A DNA stretch of 64,000 nucleotides, from the NCBI GenBank assembly GCA_030390025.1, contig CM059432.1, positions 76,820,001 through 76,884,000 on the forward strand, written 5' to 3'. This document shows positions 36,123 to 46,786 of this stretch, in pieces (positions within the stretch are counted from its first letter, which is position 1; each line of letters opens with the position of its first letter). The notes under the pieces are model-generated. The model saw nothing but the letters and a program-made list of their open reading frames with translations, had not been told where the DNA came from and did not search any database. The position numbers and the translations under genes are program-made. The stretch comes from Squalus acanthias. Taxonomy: Eukaryota.

Positions 36123-36582
36123 TGTAAGAAATAGCTATGAGATTCATAGATGAAGTTTGACTCTTAGAACAGAAATTAAAATGCAGCCAGGAACAAATGG
36201 GTGAAGTGTCAGCAAGGTCAATTAACAAACACCAGAATGATAAGAAGGTCGTAAAATGCAAGAAAACACGGGAGGAAAGTCATAGCTAGACAATAAGGAG
36301 ACACGAAGCCATAAAATGTCCTTAAAGAAACATAACAAAACATTCCTCAGAAAGATAAGAGAAAAGGCCTCTGCAGCCATGCAGAAAGAAGGAGTGAGGG
36401 ATGTTTTCCCACACCACAGTTGGGATATAGATGATTATAAGTGATTGACATTAGAGAGGTCACAGCCCACCGAAATAATTATAAATATAGTGGGCTGAGA
36501 GCAGAAGTCAGACAGCGAGGGGCGAAGGCTTCTTCAAGGTGGAAATCAATGCTGGCTCAGGCCTAACACCTTGACTAAGTTC

Positions 36583-37741
36583 GAAGTCGCACAACACCAG
36601 GTTATAGTCCAACAGTTTTATTTGAAATCACAAGCTTTCGGAGCTGCTGCTCCTTCGTCAGGTGAAGTGAAGGAATACAAATCGGCAAAGCATATATAGA
36701 CAGAGAACAATGCATGTGCAGAGTACAATGTCAGACGACTACAGTTAATCTTTCTGACTGCCTTTTATCACACCTCGGCAGAGATCAAAGACATAGCAAA
36801 ATACAACTAAGACAATGAGGTGGGGTCACAGGGGGGTCTAATGTGTCAAATGCTGCAGTCTGTATGGAAAACCATAAACTTTAAACTTTTTACTTTTTTT
36901 ACTGGAAATCACATCTGTGAACAAGCCAACGACGACTCTAGTCTGGATGACTCTACGTCAGGTGGGGTTACATGTAGTGTGACATGAACCCAAGATCCCG
37001 GTTGAGGCCGTCCTCATTGGTGCGGAACTTAGCTATCAGTTTCTGCTCGATGATTTTGCGTTGTCGTGTGTCTCGAAGGCCGTCTTGGAGAACGCTTACC
37101 CGCCACAGCGAAAAATCGCATAGACCTCCTCAGAAGGCGAACACGGGACACAACCAACAGGGTACCCTACATCGTCCAGTACTTCCCCGGAGCGGAGAAA
37201 CTACGCCATGTTGTTCGCAGCCTTCAACATGTCATCGATGACGATGAACACCTCGCTAAGGCCATCCCCACGCCTCCACTACTCGCCTTCAAACAGCCGC
37301 CTAACCTCAAAAGTACCATCGTTCGCAGCAAATTACCCAGCTTTCAGGAGAACAGCGACCACGACACCACACAACCCTGCCACGGCAAAAGTAAAAAGTT
37401 TAAAGTTTATGGTTTTCCATACAGACTGCAGCATTTGACACATTAGACCCCCTGTGACCCTACCTCATTGTCTTAGTTGTATTTTGCTATGTCTTTGATC
37501 TCTGTCGAGGTGTGATAAAAGGCAGTCAGAAAGATTAACTGTAGTCATCTGACATTGTACGCTGCACAGGCATTGTTCTCTGTCTATATATGCTTTGCCG
37601 ATTTGTATTCCTTCACTTCACCTGATGAAGGAGCAGCAGCTCCGAAAGCTTGTGATTTCAAATAAAACTGTTGGACTATAACCTGGTGTTGTGCGACTTC
37701 TCACTTTTGTCCACCCCAGTCCAACACCGGTATCTCCGCAT
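36583..37741. mobile_element. Rearranged Penelope/Poseidon-like element with about 315-bp inverted terminal repeats
   Basis: 13-bp TSD CTTGACTAAGTTC. Arms 36583-about 36897 and about 37387-37700, plus a 41-nt tail. Linker peptide PLLAFKQPPNLKSTIVRSKL on +, endonuclease C-terminus EQKLIAKFRT...GLNRD on -. Confidence 0.92.
37618..37655 (+). ncRNA. Minimal hammerhead motif (mirror copy on the minus strand at 36628-36665)
   Basis: TCAC-CTGATGA-A-GGAGC(AGCA)GCTCC-GAAAGCTT-GTGA with intact stems I and II. Confidence 0.8.
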
Positions 37742-38637
37742 CTTGACTAAGTTCAGCCTCTGAGGTGGATCAATGCTGGCTTATGCCTAACACCTCCAAC
37801 AGCCAGGGGGATGAATCAACAGAAGTGCCTGCTGTTGCTGACTGCAGAGACTTGCTGACCCAAGACCGCCACGCTGTCTCAACGGGCATCTAACCAACCG
37901 TCCGTCGTGGCATTCCGCTTCGGGAGTCGTAGATCGCTCTCTACTGTCACGGGTTGTATGTCTATTATATTCAGCTTAAACCATATGTAATATCTGATTA
38001 TGCTTTAAAACTGTAGCTCTTTAATAAAAGCCTTGCAACTCCTAAAACCCTTTGGGTAATCTGTGTGTGGCCTGTTATCCTAATCTTATACTGAGCAATA
38101 GCTTCTGCCTGAGGAAAGTGATCATCTGTCGGGTGGGAGCTCTTACTGAACATTTGATGCTGTCAAGTAATCAGCTGGAGCAATGGCCACTCAACTCCCG
38201 CCTCAGGTTGACAGACGTGGTTCCCGAGCTGCGTGAATCCCGTGGCCATGCAGGGAAATTTAAAAAGTAAGTGAAAAAAGACTTTGAAGTGCCTGTAAAC
38301 AACCTCATAATGATTTCAATCGGGTCGCCCACCGCTGCCAGTCTGGTCGGCACCGCGGTGACAGACGTGCCTGGGGGAAAGGCGCGGAGGGCGAGATGAC
38401 AGCGGGTTCCTGACCCGCTGTCAAAAAAAACAACTTTCCCACCCGACCCACCACCGATTGCGCCCGCTACCTCCCCCGAAAATTCCAGCCAATACTCCAG
38501 CTGAGGCCTAACCAGTGATTTATAAAAGTTTATCATAACTTCTTTTCTTTTGTACTCTATGCCTCTATTTCTAAAGCCAAGGATCCTATATGCTTTATTT
38601 TAACAGCTTTATCAACTTGTCCTGCCAGATTTGTGTC

Positions 38638-39476
38638 TGTGTTCCTGCACACGCTTTCTTTCTGATTGCCATAAGACACATAGACAACTTATTCGCCCAT
38701 TGAGTGGGGTGATCTGCACAAAATTTCTTTAACTTAGTTTTCAGGGTCTGTAAGTCTTTCTCTTACTACTGTTCGGACCTCGAGAATTACGAATTAGCTT
38801 AACAATGACAGACAAGGATGTGATCGATAAAATTGATCTTTATTCACACTATAGTTCAAAATTTGAGTGTGCATAGAAGCACCTTCAGCAATAAATTCAA
38901 AGAATTCTTGGCAATGAATATGCCTGCATCTTATTAATTCAAACGTACATAAAAGTACCCCCTTAACAACATCTAAGCTTATGTCCGACTTTCATACATA
39001 CTCCTTTATCTCTAGGTGATCGGTCCAGGGAAATTGTAAGTCGAAACATAGACTGGCCAGCTTTCTCAGTTCAATCTTCCTCTTGCTCTGTCTTCTGTGT
39101 TCCTTTTGAATCTTGAATCTCCCACCCCTGGGTTATTTCTGTTTTTGACCTTTTCTGCCGGCCTCCGTCGTAAATTACTCTCTGCCTACCTCTGATATGT
39201 CAGTTTCACTCCAAACCTTCCCTGATTGGAGTTCCTTCCGCATGACACGTCCCTGTTCCTGTGAGATGTGTGGGGGCGGGACTTCCTTGTCAATCATGTT
39301 CTTCCTTCTTGTCCATGTGGCCTCTCAAACAAAGGACCATGCTGACCACTAGGCAAAGGACCCCCTGCTGACTTCTGCCATTTTGTCTCTTCACAAACAA
39401 AGAACACATGCTATTTCCTACATTTTGAATCCGTCCGTTATCATCTCACAATTCATTCACAATTTCGATCTCCACA
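38638..39476 (-). mobile_element. Possible LTR of another family
   Basis: On the minus strand it begins TGTGGAGA and ends ...ACACA, with GC-box and CCAAT-like motifs and AATAAA near 38840. No TSD. Abuts the integrase fragment. Confidence 0.45.
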
Positions 39477-40254
39477 CGGTAGCAGCGGTTTTAATACAAT
39501 TTTCAGAATCTTACAGGGTCCAATTTCCCCTTTCTGCTACACCTGAGGACTGTGGGTGATGTGAAATATGCAACTTGTGCTTAATGCCCATAAGTTTATG
39601 GAGCTCAGTAAACAAAATTCTCGTAAAATGTGATCCTTGATCACTATCTACCTGTATAGGTACTCCCCACCTGCAGATCACTTCACTCAATAAAATTCTA
39701 GCTGCAGTGATAGCCGTATTATTTCTGCATGGGAATGCTTCCATCCCTTTTGTAAATGTATCAATAACTACCAGGCAATGTAAGTAGCCTGAAGGTGCTT
39801 GGTATAAAGGTCCTATAAAATCAATTTGTAAGTGTGTCCAGGGTCCCTCAGGGGGGCGGGGCATCTCTGAGGAATGATCTATTTGTGTGCAACGCTGAGT
39901 TGTGCTGCAGGCATACCAGACAATGTGCTGTCCTCCGAATGATATCATCCTTACAGTCGGGCCTTTTGTATTTTTTCAGCAGTGGTTTCTGCTGAACAGT
40001 GTCCTCCAACAGTGTGACTGTGGAACGTGTCAAAGAATTCCTCTGCCATGGTGGGTGGAACGCACACTACTGGGATGAGTTTGATTTCGGCTGGTACATA
40101 AGAGGGGAATTTTCTGCGTGCTGAGACTCTCCCCTTGGAACACAGATGGTGTGGTTTCCCATGCGGTGGGTTGGGGTAGCAGTTTTCCCGCTTGATGGAA
40201 GGCCATGGTTTGTTCATACGGTGGCCATGACATTTGTATAGCAATTATGTCTAA

Positions 40255-42161
40255 GGTCGAGAAATTGAATATGGCCACAAAATGGGCAGTGTTAGGGAGA
40301 AAGGGATAGACCAAGTAATTATAGCCTAACCTCGATGGTGGGCAAATTGTTGGAAAAAATTCTGAGGGACAGTGTTAATCATCATTTAGAAAGGCATGGA
40401 TTAATCAAGGACAGTCAGCATGGATTTGTTAAGGAAAGGTCATGTCTGACTAACTTGATTGCATTTTTTGAGGAGGTAACAAGCAGGGTTGATAAGGATA
40501 GTGCGTTTGATGCAGTCTATATGGATTTTAGCAAGGCCTTTGACAAGGTCCCACATGGCAGATTGGTCAGAAAAGTAAAAGCCCATGGGATCAAAGGGAA
40601 AGTGGCAAGTTGGGTCCAAAATTGGCTCAGTGACAGGAAGCAAAGGGTAATGGTCGATGGATGCTTTTGTGACTAGAAAGCTGTTTCCAGTGGGGTTCCG
40701 CAGGGCTCAGTACTAGGTCCCTTGCTTTTTGTGGTATACATCAATGATTTAGACTTCAATGTAGGGGGCATGATTAAGAAGTTTGCAGATGATACAAAAA
40801 TTGGCCGTGTGGTTGATAGTGAGGAAGAAAGTTGTAGACTACAGGAAGATATCAATGGACTGGTCAGGTGGGCAGAAGAGTGGCAAATGCAATTCAATCC
40901 GGAGAAGTAGGTAATGCATTTGGGAAGCGCTAACAAAGCAAGGAAATACACAATAAATGGCAGGATACTGAGAAGTGTAGAGGAACAGAGGGACCTTGGA
41001 GTGCATGTCCACAGATCCCTGAAGGTAGCAGGACAGGTAGATAAGGTGGTTAAGAAGTCATACGGGATACTTTCCTTTATTAGCTGAAGCATAGGCTATA
41101 AGAGCAGGGAGGTTATGCTTAACTATACAAAACACTAGTTAGGCCACAGCTGGAGTACTGTGTACAGTTTTGTTCACCACATTACAGGAAAGATGTAATT
41201 TCACTAGAAAGGGTACAAAGGAGATTTACGAAGATGTCGCCAGGACTGGAGAATTTTAATTATGAGGAAAGATTGGATAGGCTAGGGTTGTTTTCTTTGG
41301 AGCAGAGGAGGCTGAGGGGAAATTTGATTGAGGTGTATAAAAGTATGAGTGGATAGGAAGGACCTATTTCCCCGAGCAGAGAGGTCAATAACCAGGAGGC
41401 ATAGATTTAAAGTAATTGGTAGAAAGATTAGAGGGGAGTTGAGGAGAACTTTTTTCACCCAGAGGGTGGTGGGGGTCTGGAACTCACTGCCTAAAAGGGT
41501 GGTAGAGGCAGAAACCCTCATCACATTTAAAAAGTACTTGGATATGCACTTGAAGTGGCGTAACCCTCAAGACTACAGACCAAGAGCTGGAAAGTGGGAT
41601 TAGGCTGGATAGCTCTTTTTCGGCTGGCACAGACACGATGGCTTGAATGGCCTCCTTCTCTGCCATAAATTTCTATGATTCTATGAATCTAAGCCTTTAC
41701 TTAAGAATGAAGGTGTTCTCCACTTGCAACAACGCTCCCTGTTATCTTAGAACCTTGAAAGATGTTAATAAAGCTGCTGGAATTGCAGAAATATGCACAG
41801 AGCCTGTTAGAAACATGTCAGGTGAAAGTTGTCTGATGACCCCTTTTAATACTGCTGCTGGAGCCTCCTTCCTGCTTGTCAACGCTTGCTTAGCTCGTTG
41901 CACTTAAGACATTCCGATAAGTGGAGCAGCAAAGACGAAACTCACAGATTGGGCGTCAAGTGTGCGTTGCACACTCACTGACGTCACGATCTGCATAATC
42001 TACATAATTTTGTCGAGCACCGACATTGGCAGTGCTGCTGGCCATCTGAAAATGACGGCTGCCACAGGACCCATCGGCAGCAGGTGGAAGAGCAGCGGGT
42101 GCTATTTTTTTCCCTGAATCTGGCAGTAACGGGTGGGGCTAAACCTCCAAATTTCGTCCTT
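40255..42161. mobile_element. Harbinger-type MITE split by a CR1
   Basis: TSD TAA, ends N6-GAAATT. Removing it rejoins pol as IELQL|DIIAIQ. Confidence 0.7.
40292..41690 (+). mobile_element. 5'-truncated CR1 (RT region)
   Basis: QHGF, YMDFSKAFDKVPH, KFADDTK, FFTQRVV and a CTATGATT tail. Confidence 0.95.
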
Positions 42162-43196
42162 TAATTGTAGCTCAATTGTGTTAACAGGGGCACCAGAGGA
42201 AAATGGGCCATAGGAAAGACCTACATGTGTGGCCTCTTAGGCTGCTTTGTCAGCTTGGGAGTTACCGATTGAGTGTAGACCAGTTGCCTTGGTGTGGGCT
42301 TTTACTTTACCAATAAAACATGGTTGCTTCCTATCTCTCAATGCTTCCCACAATGATCTAAACAAATTACCATGTACCAAAGATTTGCCGTTAGAAGTTC
42401 TATAATCATTTTTATAATACAAAGGAAGTGACAATATAGTGTTGATAGCATAGGCACTGTCAGACCAAATATTAACTGATTGGTCCCTAGTCTGAATTAC
42501 AGCTGTCAAGAGGGCTGCAATCTAAAAAATAATAGACATTATCATTGGGCATGTGATCTCAATACTTATATTATCATGGAGAATGCAGGTGTACTTTATT
42601 TTTTGTGTGCTAAGACAAAAAGCAGAGTGGGTGAGTGTTTGGTGATCATTGAGTGTGCTTTACTTCCTTGAATACTGCTTATTGGCTTACTGCTGACTGG
42701 TGTGTAACACCGAAGAAAATGGCAGACTTCAGCACCATGGAAACACCAACAACATTGTACGGAAAGGGGAGGTGTCATCATGGTCAGCTTGATCAATCGG
42801 AATAACGACTCCAGGCCAGCAGAAGAAAGCAAGTCCAACCAAAAATGAGCAGTTCCAACAGAGCATGTCATGGCAAAGGGCAAGCAGCAGCCAACCACAT
42901 CCTGGATAGAGAGCAGGGGCAGATCTGGCCTGTCTCGCTGTGCGAGTCAACATTCTAAGCAATCTCTCTGATGAAGTCGAGCTGATGTGTGATGGTGTGT
43001 TTCAAAAATATGTGTTAAAAAATGAAAGATGCAAATTTGTTTAATTTTTAATTTTTTTGATATATGTCTAGCCTTTCTTATAAAAATTCAGCTTAAACAG
43101 ACAGTTGCTCCCCATATTAAATGCAGAGATTTATCTAATTGTGTAGCTATAGTATTTATTTATTGAGCTACCTTCAGTGGGTAAGCAAAACACTAT

Positions 43197-43303
43197 GGAG
43201 ATGAATTTCCACGGGGCTCTTCCCATATGTCCATCATAAATTGGGCGGAAGAGCCGTGGAAATCTCATAAAAATGGCAAGAACCCCCACAAAAATTCATC
43301 CCC
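43197..43303. mobile_element. 107-bp Harbinger-type MITE
   Basis: TIR GG(A/G)GATGAATTT, TSD TAT. Confidence 0.7.
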
Positions 43304-43709
43304 TATTTATTTTTGAGGAATAAGTCAATAAAAAACTTACTGCACAATTTTTAAGGAAACCTCTTAGATATTCCTTTCAGATTCTCTCAATGGAGATGTC
43401 ACCCATCACACACTATTCTTCCCCAATTCCCCCACACCCTTGTCTCTGATTCACGCTGACAATGCCACAGAAATTTGCTAATATTTTTAATGCTTGCAGA
43501 AGCTCTACTAAATTTATTGCAGAATTAATTTGTCATTATTACTTTAATTATTTCTTTGTATGCTTCAATTCAATAAATATCAACATTATAGCCATATCCT
43601 TGTACCTGGGGAAATTTAGCACTGTTTAGCACTATTTGCATAAAAGTATTACTATTTCTGCATATCTCACCATTTCAACTGAGTAAAAAATCTGCAAAAT
43701 CTAAGTAAA

Positions 43710-45700
43710 GTCTAAGGCAGATGAAATTTAACTTGGACAAGAGTAAAGGAAATTAAAAGAGGGTGTCATATATACTCAATAAATGGTGTTGGCACAGTTA
43801 AAGGTGAAGTTGAAAGAGGTTTAACCATATCAATAGACTCTGTGGTCAAAGTGCAGTGTGGAGCAGCAACCAACAAAGCAAATACAATGCTCAAGCATAT
43901 AGATCAAAAACAGCAGAATACATGTTGGAGAAAGTCATGCTTAAACTGTACTGCTGTGGTCAGATCACACCTTGAATAAATCTCAAACATTACTTCAAAT
44001 TAAACTGTGACAGTAAGGCATGGTCATAATAAGCCAGAGGACTGGAGGACAGATAACGTAGTACCATTATTCAAGAAGGGTAGTAGGGATAAACCAGGGA
44101 ATTACAGGCCTGTGAGCCTAACATCAGTGGTAGGGAAATTATTGGAAAAAATTCTGAGGGACAGAATCAGTCTCCACTTGGAGAGGCAAGGATTAATCAA
44201 AAATAGTCAGCATGGCTTTGTCAGGCGGAGATCATGTCTGACCAATTTGATTGAATTTTTCGAGGGGGTGACTAGGTGCGTGGATGAGGGTAGTGCAGTT
44301 GATGTAGTCTACATGGACTTCAGTAAGGCTTTTGACAAAGTTCCACATGGGAGACTGGTCAAGAAGGTAAGAGCCCATGGGATCCAGGGCAATTTGGCAC
44401 ATTGGATCCAAAATTGACTTAGTGGCAGGAGGCAGAGGGTGATGGTCGAAGGTTGTTTTTGTGACTGGAAGCCTGTGTCCAGTCGTGTACTGCAGGGATC
44501 GGTACTGGGTACTTTGCTGTTTGTAGTGTACATTAATGATTTAGATATGAATGTAGGAGGTATGATCAGTAATTTCGCAGATGACATGAAAATTGGTGGA
44601 GTGGTAAATAGCGAGGAGGGAAGCCTCAGGCTACAGGATGATATAGATGGGTTGGTCAGATGGGCGGAACAGTGGCAAATGGAATTTAACCCTGAAAAGT
44701 GTGAGGTGATGCATTTTGGGAGGACTAACAAGGCAAGGGAATACACAATGAATGGTAGGACCCTAGGAAGGACAGAGGATCAGAGGGACCTTGGTGTGCA
44801 TGTACGTAGATCCCTGAAGGCAGCAGGACAGGTAGATAAGGTGGTTAAAAAGGCATATGGGATATTTGCCTTCATTAGCCGAGGCATAGAATATAAGAAC
44901 AGGGAGGTTATGATGGAGCTGTACAAAACGTTAGTTAGGCCACAGCTGGAATATTGTGTGCAGTTCTGGTCGCCACACTATAGGAAGGATGTGATTGCAT
45001 TGGAGAGGGTGCAAAGGAGATTCACCAGGATGTTACCTGGGCTGGAGCGCTTCAGCTATGAAGAGAGACTGGACAGGCTGGGGTTGTTTTCCTTAGAGCA
45101 GAGAAGGCTGAGGGGGGACCTGATTGAGGTGTACAAAATTATGAGGGGCATAGATAGGGTAGATAGAAAGGAACTTTTCCCCTTAGTAGAGGGGTCAATA
45201 ACCAGGGGGCATAGTTTCAAGGTAAGGGGCAGGAGGTTTAGAGGGGATTTGAGGAAAAACTTTTTCACCCAGAGGGTGGTTGGAATCTGGAACTCACTGC
45301 CTGAAAGGGTGGTAGAGGCAGGAACCCTCACAACATTCAAGAAGTATTTAGATGAGCACTTGAAATGCCATAGCATACAAGGCTACGGACCAAGTGCTGG
45401 AAAATGGGATTAGAATAGACAGGGCTTGATGGCCGGTGCAGACACGATGGGCCGAAGGGCCTTTCTGTGCTGTATAACTCTATGACTATGAGTCTATGAG
45501 TTCCAACTAGCCAAAGGTAAATTTAGGATTAATACCAAGAAATTACCCTTTTGCATAAAGAGTACTCAACAAGTGGAATGGAATTCCAGGTATGGTAGTA
45601 GAAGCACAAACTGTGGAATCATGCAAGAAATAGCTGATGGGGCAAATGTGTGATGTGATCTTTCTGTATTAGTGAGCTAGGATGGGTCAAATGAAGCTTC
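43710..45700 (+). mobile_element. Very old CR1 relic (about 43710-44028 and 45500-45700) flanking a younger CR1
   Basis: Eroded WQMKFN, KAN.ML, KLY..VR.HLE and RV...WN motifs. GGTCATAA|GTTCCAACT rejoins across the younger insert. Confidence 0.55.
44030..45499 (+). mobile_element. Young 5'-truncated CR1, RT nearly intact
   Basis: ORFs 44007-44417 and 44439-45413 are in the same frame and separated by one TGA. CTATGA tail. Confidence 0.95.
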
Positions 45701-45796
45701 CATATGATTAGCTACTCAAATAATACAAGAAAATTGATTATGAAAAGCAAGTGGTAACACAGAGAACATTAGCAAATGGTTTCTTCCTCTCATGCA

Positions 45797-46396
45797 GGAG
45801 TGGAAATTGCTTTAGGCCCATTTTCAGGCCTGAAATGCGCGCCATGCATGGAACAAACATCCCAAACAGAAGGCCCGAGCCCAGCCGGAAGTTGGGCTTT
45901 GGGCCTCATTAACATTATCTGGGTGAGCTCCGCCACCTGTGGTGCCTCTACAGACAATGCGCCCACTTGACGCGTTGGCAACGGTCTGAAGGTGAATCCT
46001 GGGGGAAGTGGGTGGAGTGACCATGGCAGTGGGGGGCAATAAAGATACTGTGGAATTGGGGGCACACTTCTGCTCCTCTTGGCTACACAGGATTGGATTT
46101 AAAAAAATTTAATGAACAATCTTTTGGTGGCAGCCACTCCTTGGGCCACAGTGGGTGCTGAAGAATCCCAAGCAGAACTGGCACTTGCTCCTGTTTCATC
46201 CGCTCCGCGATGTCCAGTTTGATAGAGAGGGCCTAAAACAGGCCTCTTATTTACATACCTAAAGTGTTTCGCACCTGTTTTAGATGGCCTGGAAAATGGC
46301 CCAACCCAATTTCGGGATTCTTTCAGGCATTCTTTGGGCGTGAGATATTGGTCCCTGAAATTGGCACTCATAGCGACAAGGTCCAATTTCTACCCT
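45797..46396. mobile_element. Harbinger-type MITE
   Basis: Ends GGAGTGGAAATTG / CAATTTCTACCCT, TSD GCA. Confidence 0.7.
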
Positions 46397-46786
46397 GCAG
46401 ACTTTATTTTCATAACTAAACTTCATAAAAATCTCTGACATCCTTTTCAACATTTTCAAAAGACATTGGCTGCCTAAAAAATGGGTGCTGACAGAACAAA
46501 ATTGAAGGGGAGAACCTCGGCATTTCCTTGGATACCTAAGGGCCATCTGATGCAATTTTCAGGTGGGTCTTTTCACGGGTGCACTGCATGCCCGCCTGTT
46601 TCAGGTGGGAGGCTGTTTAAATATGTAAATCGAGGCACTATAGTGTAGCAGAACCTCAATTGCAATTTAAAGTACAAATAGGCAGTGTGTGCACTGCGCA
46701 TGCTCCGCCCATTTGTACAAGCATCCTAACCAATGGCCCTTAAAGTGTCTACTTGGTCACTTCATAAAAGGACACTAAAACCCTTT

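Larger units (their letters stand above)
26552..38090 (+). mobile_element. Full-length env-bearing LTR provirus, lokiretrovirus-like, defective
   Basis: Paired LTRs, 4-bp TSD CTGA (26548-26551 / 38091-38094), PBS, PPT, gag-pro-pol-env order with IN after RNase H. Confidence 0.92.
36123..38090 (+). repeat. 3' LTR interrupted by a Penelope-like insertion
   Basis: Matches the 5' LTR with roughly 30 substitutions and 2 indels by eye. Terminal CA has mutated to TA. Confidence 0.95.
25193..38490. mobile_element. Internally deleted Harbinger E (about 1.8 kb of its own sequence) hosting the provirus
   Basis: Perfect TSD AAT. TIR GGC(C/T)(A/G)GAATTTT. Myb exon 1 at 25482 (+, MTAQRQRAAPRFSDDSL). Transposase N- and C-termini joined at about 26412-26220 (-). 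Confidence 0.88.
24674..38636 (-). mobile_element. CR1 3' fragment split into 24674-25192 and 38491-38636 by Harbinger E
   Basis: RRFTRMV...LIEVFKII on the minus strand. GAATTGGAAACAAT|ACTCCAGCTG rejoins to read [11 protein letters not shown]. Confidence 0.88.
39480..42525 (-). pseudogene. pol: Fragment of a second lokiretrovirus-like pol (RNase H 42162-42525, integrase 39480-40254)
   Basis: VNIWSDSAYAINT...GKVKAH...GNSQADKAA and GPWTHLQIDFIGP...VICRWGVPIQVDSDQGSHF align with the main provirus. Confidence 0.9.
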
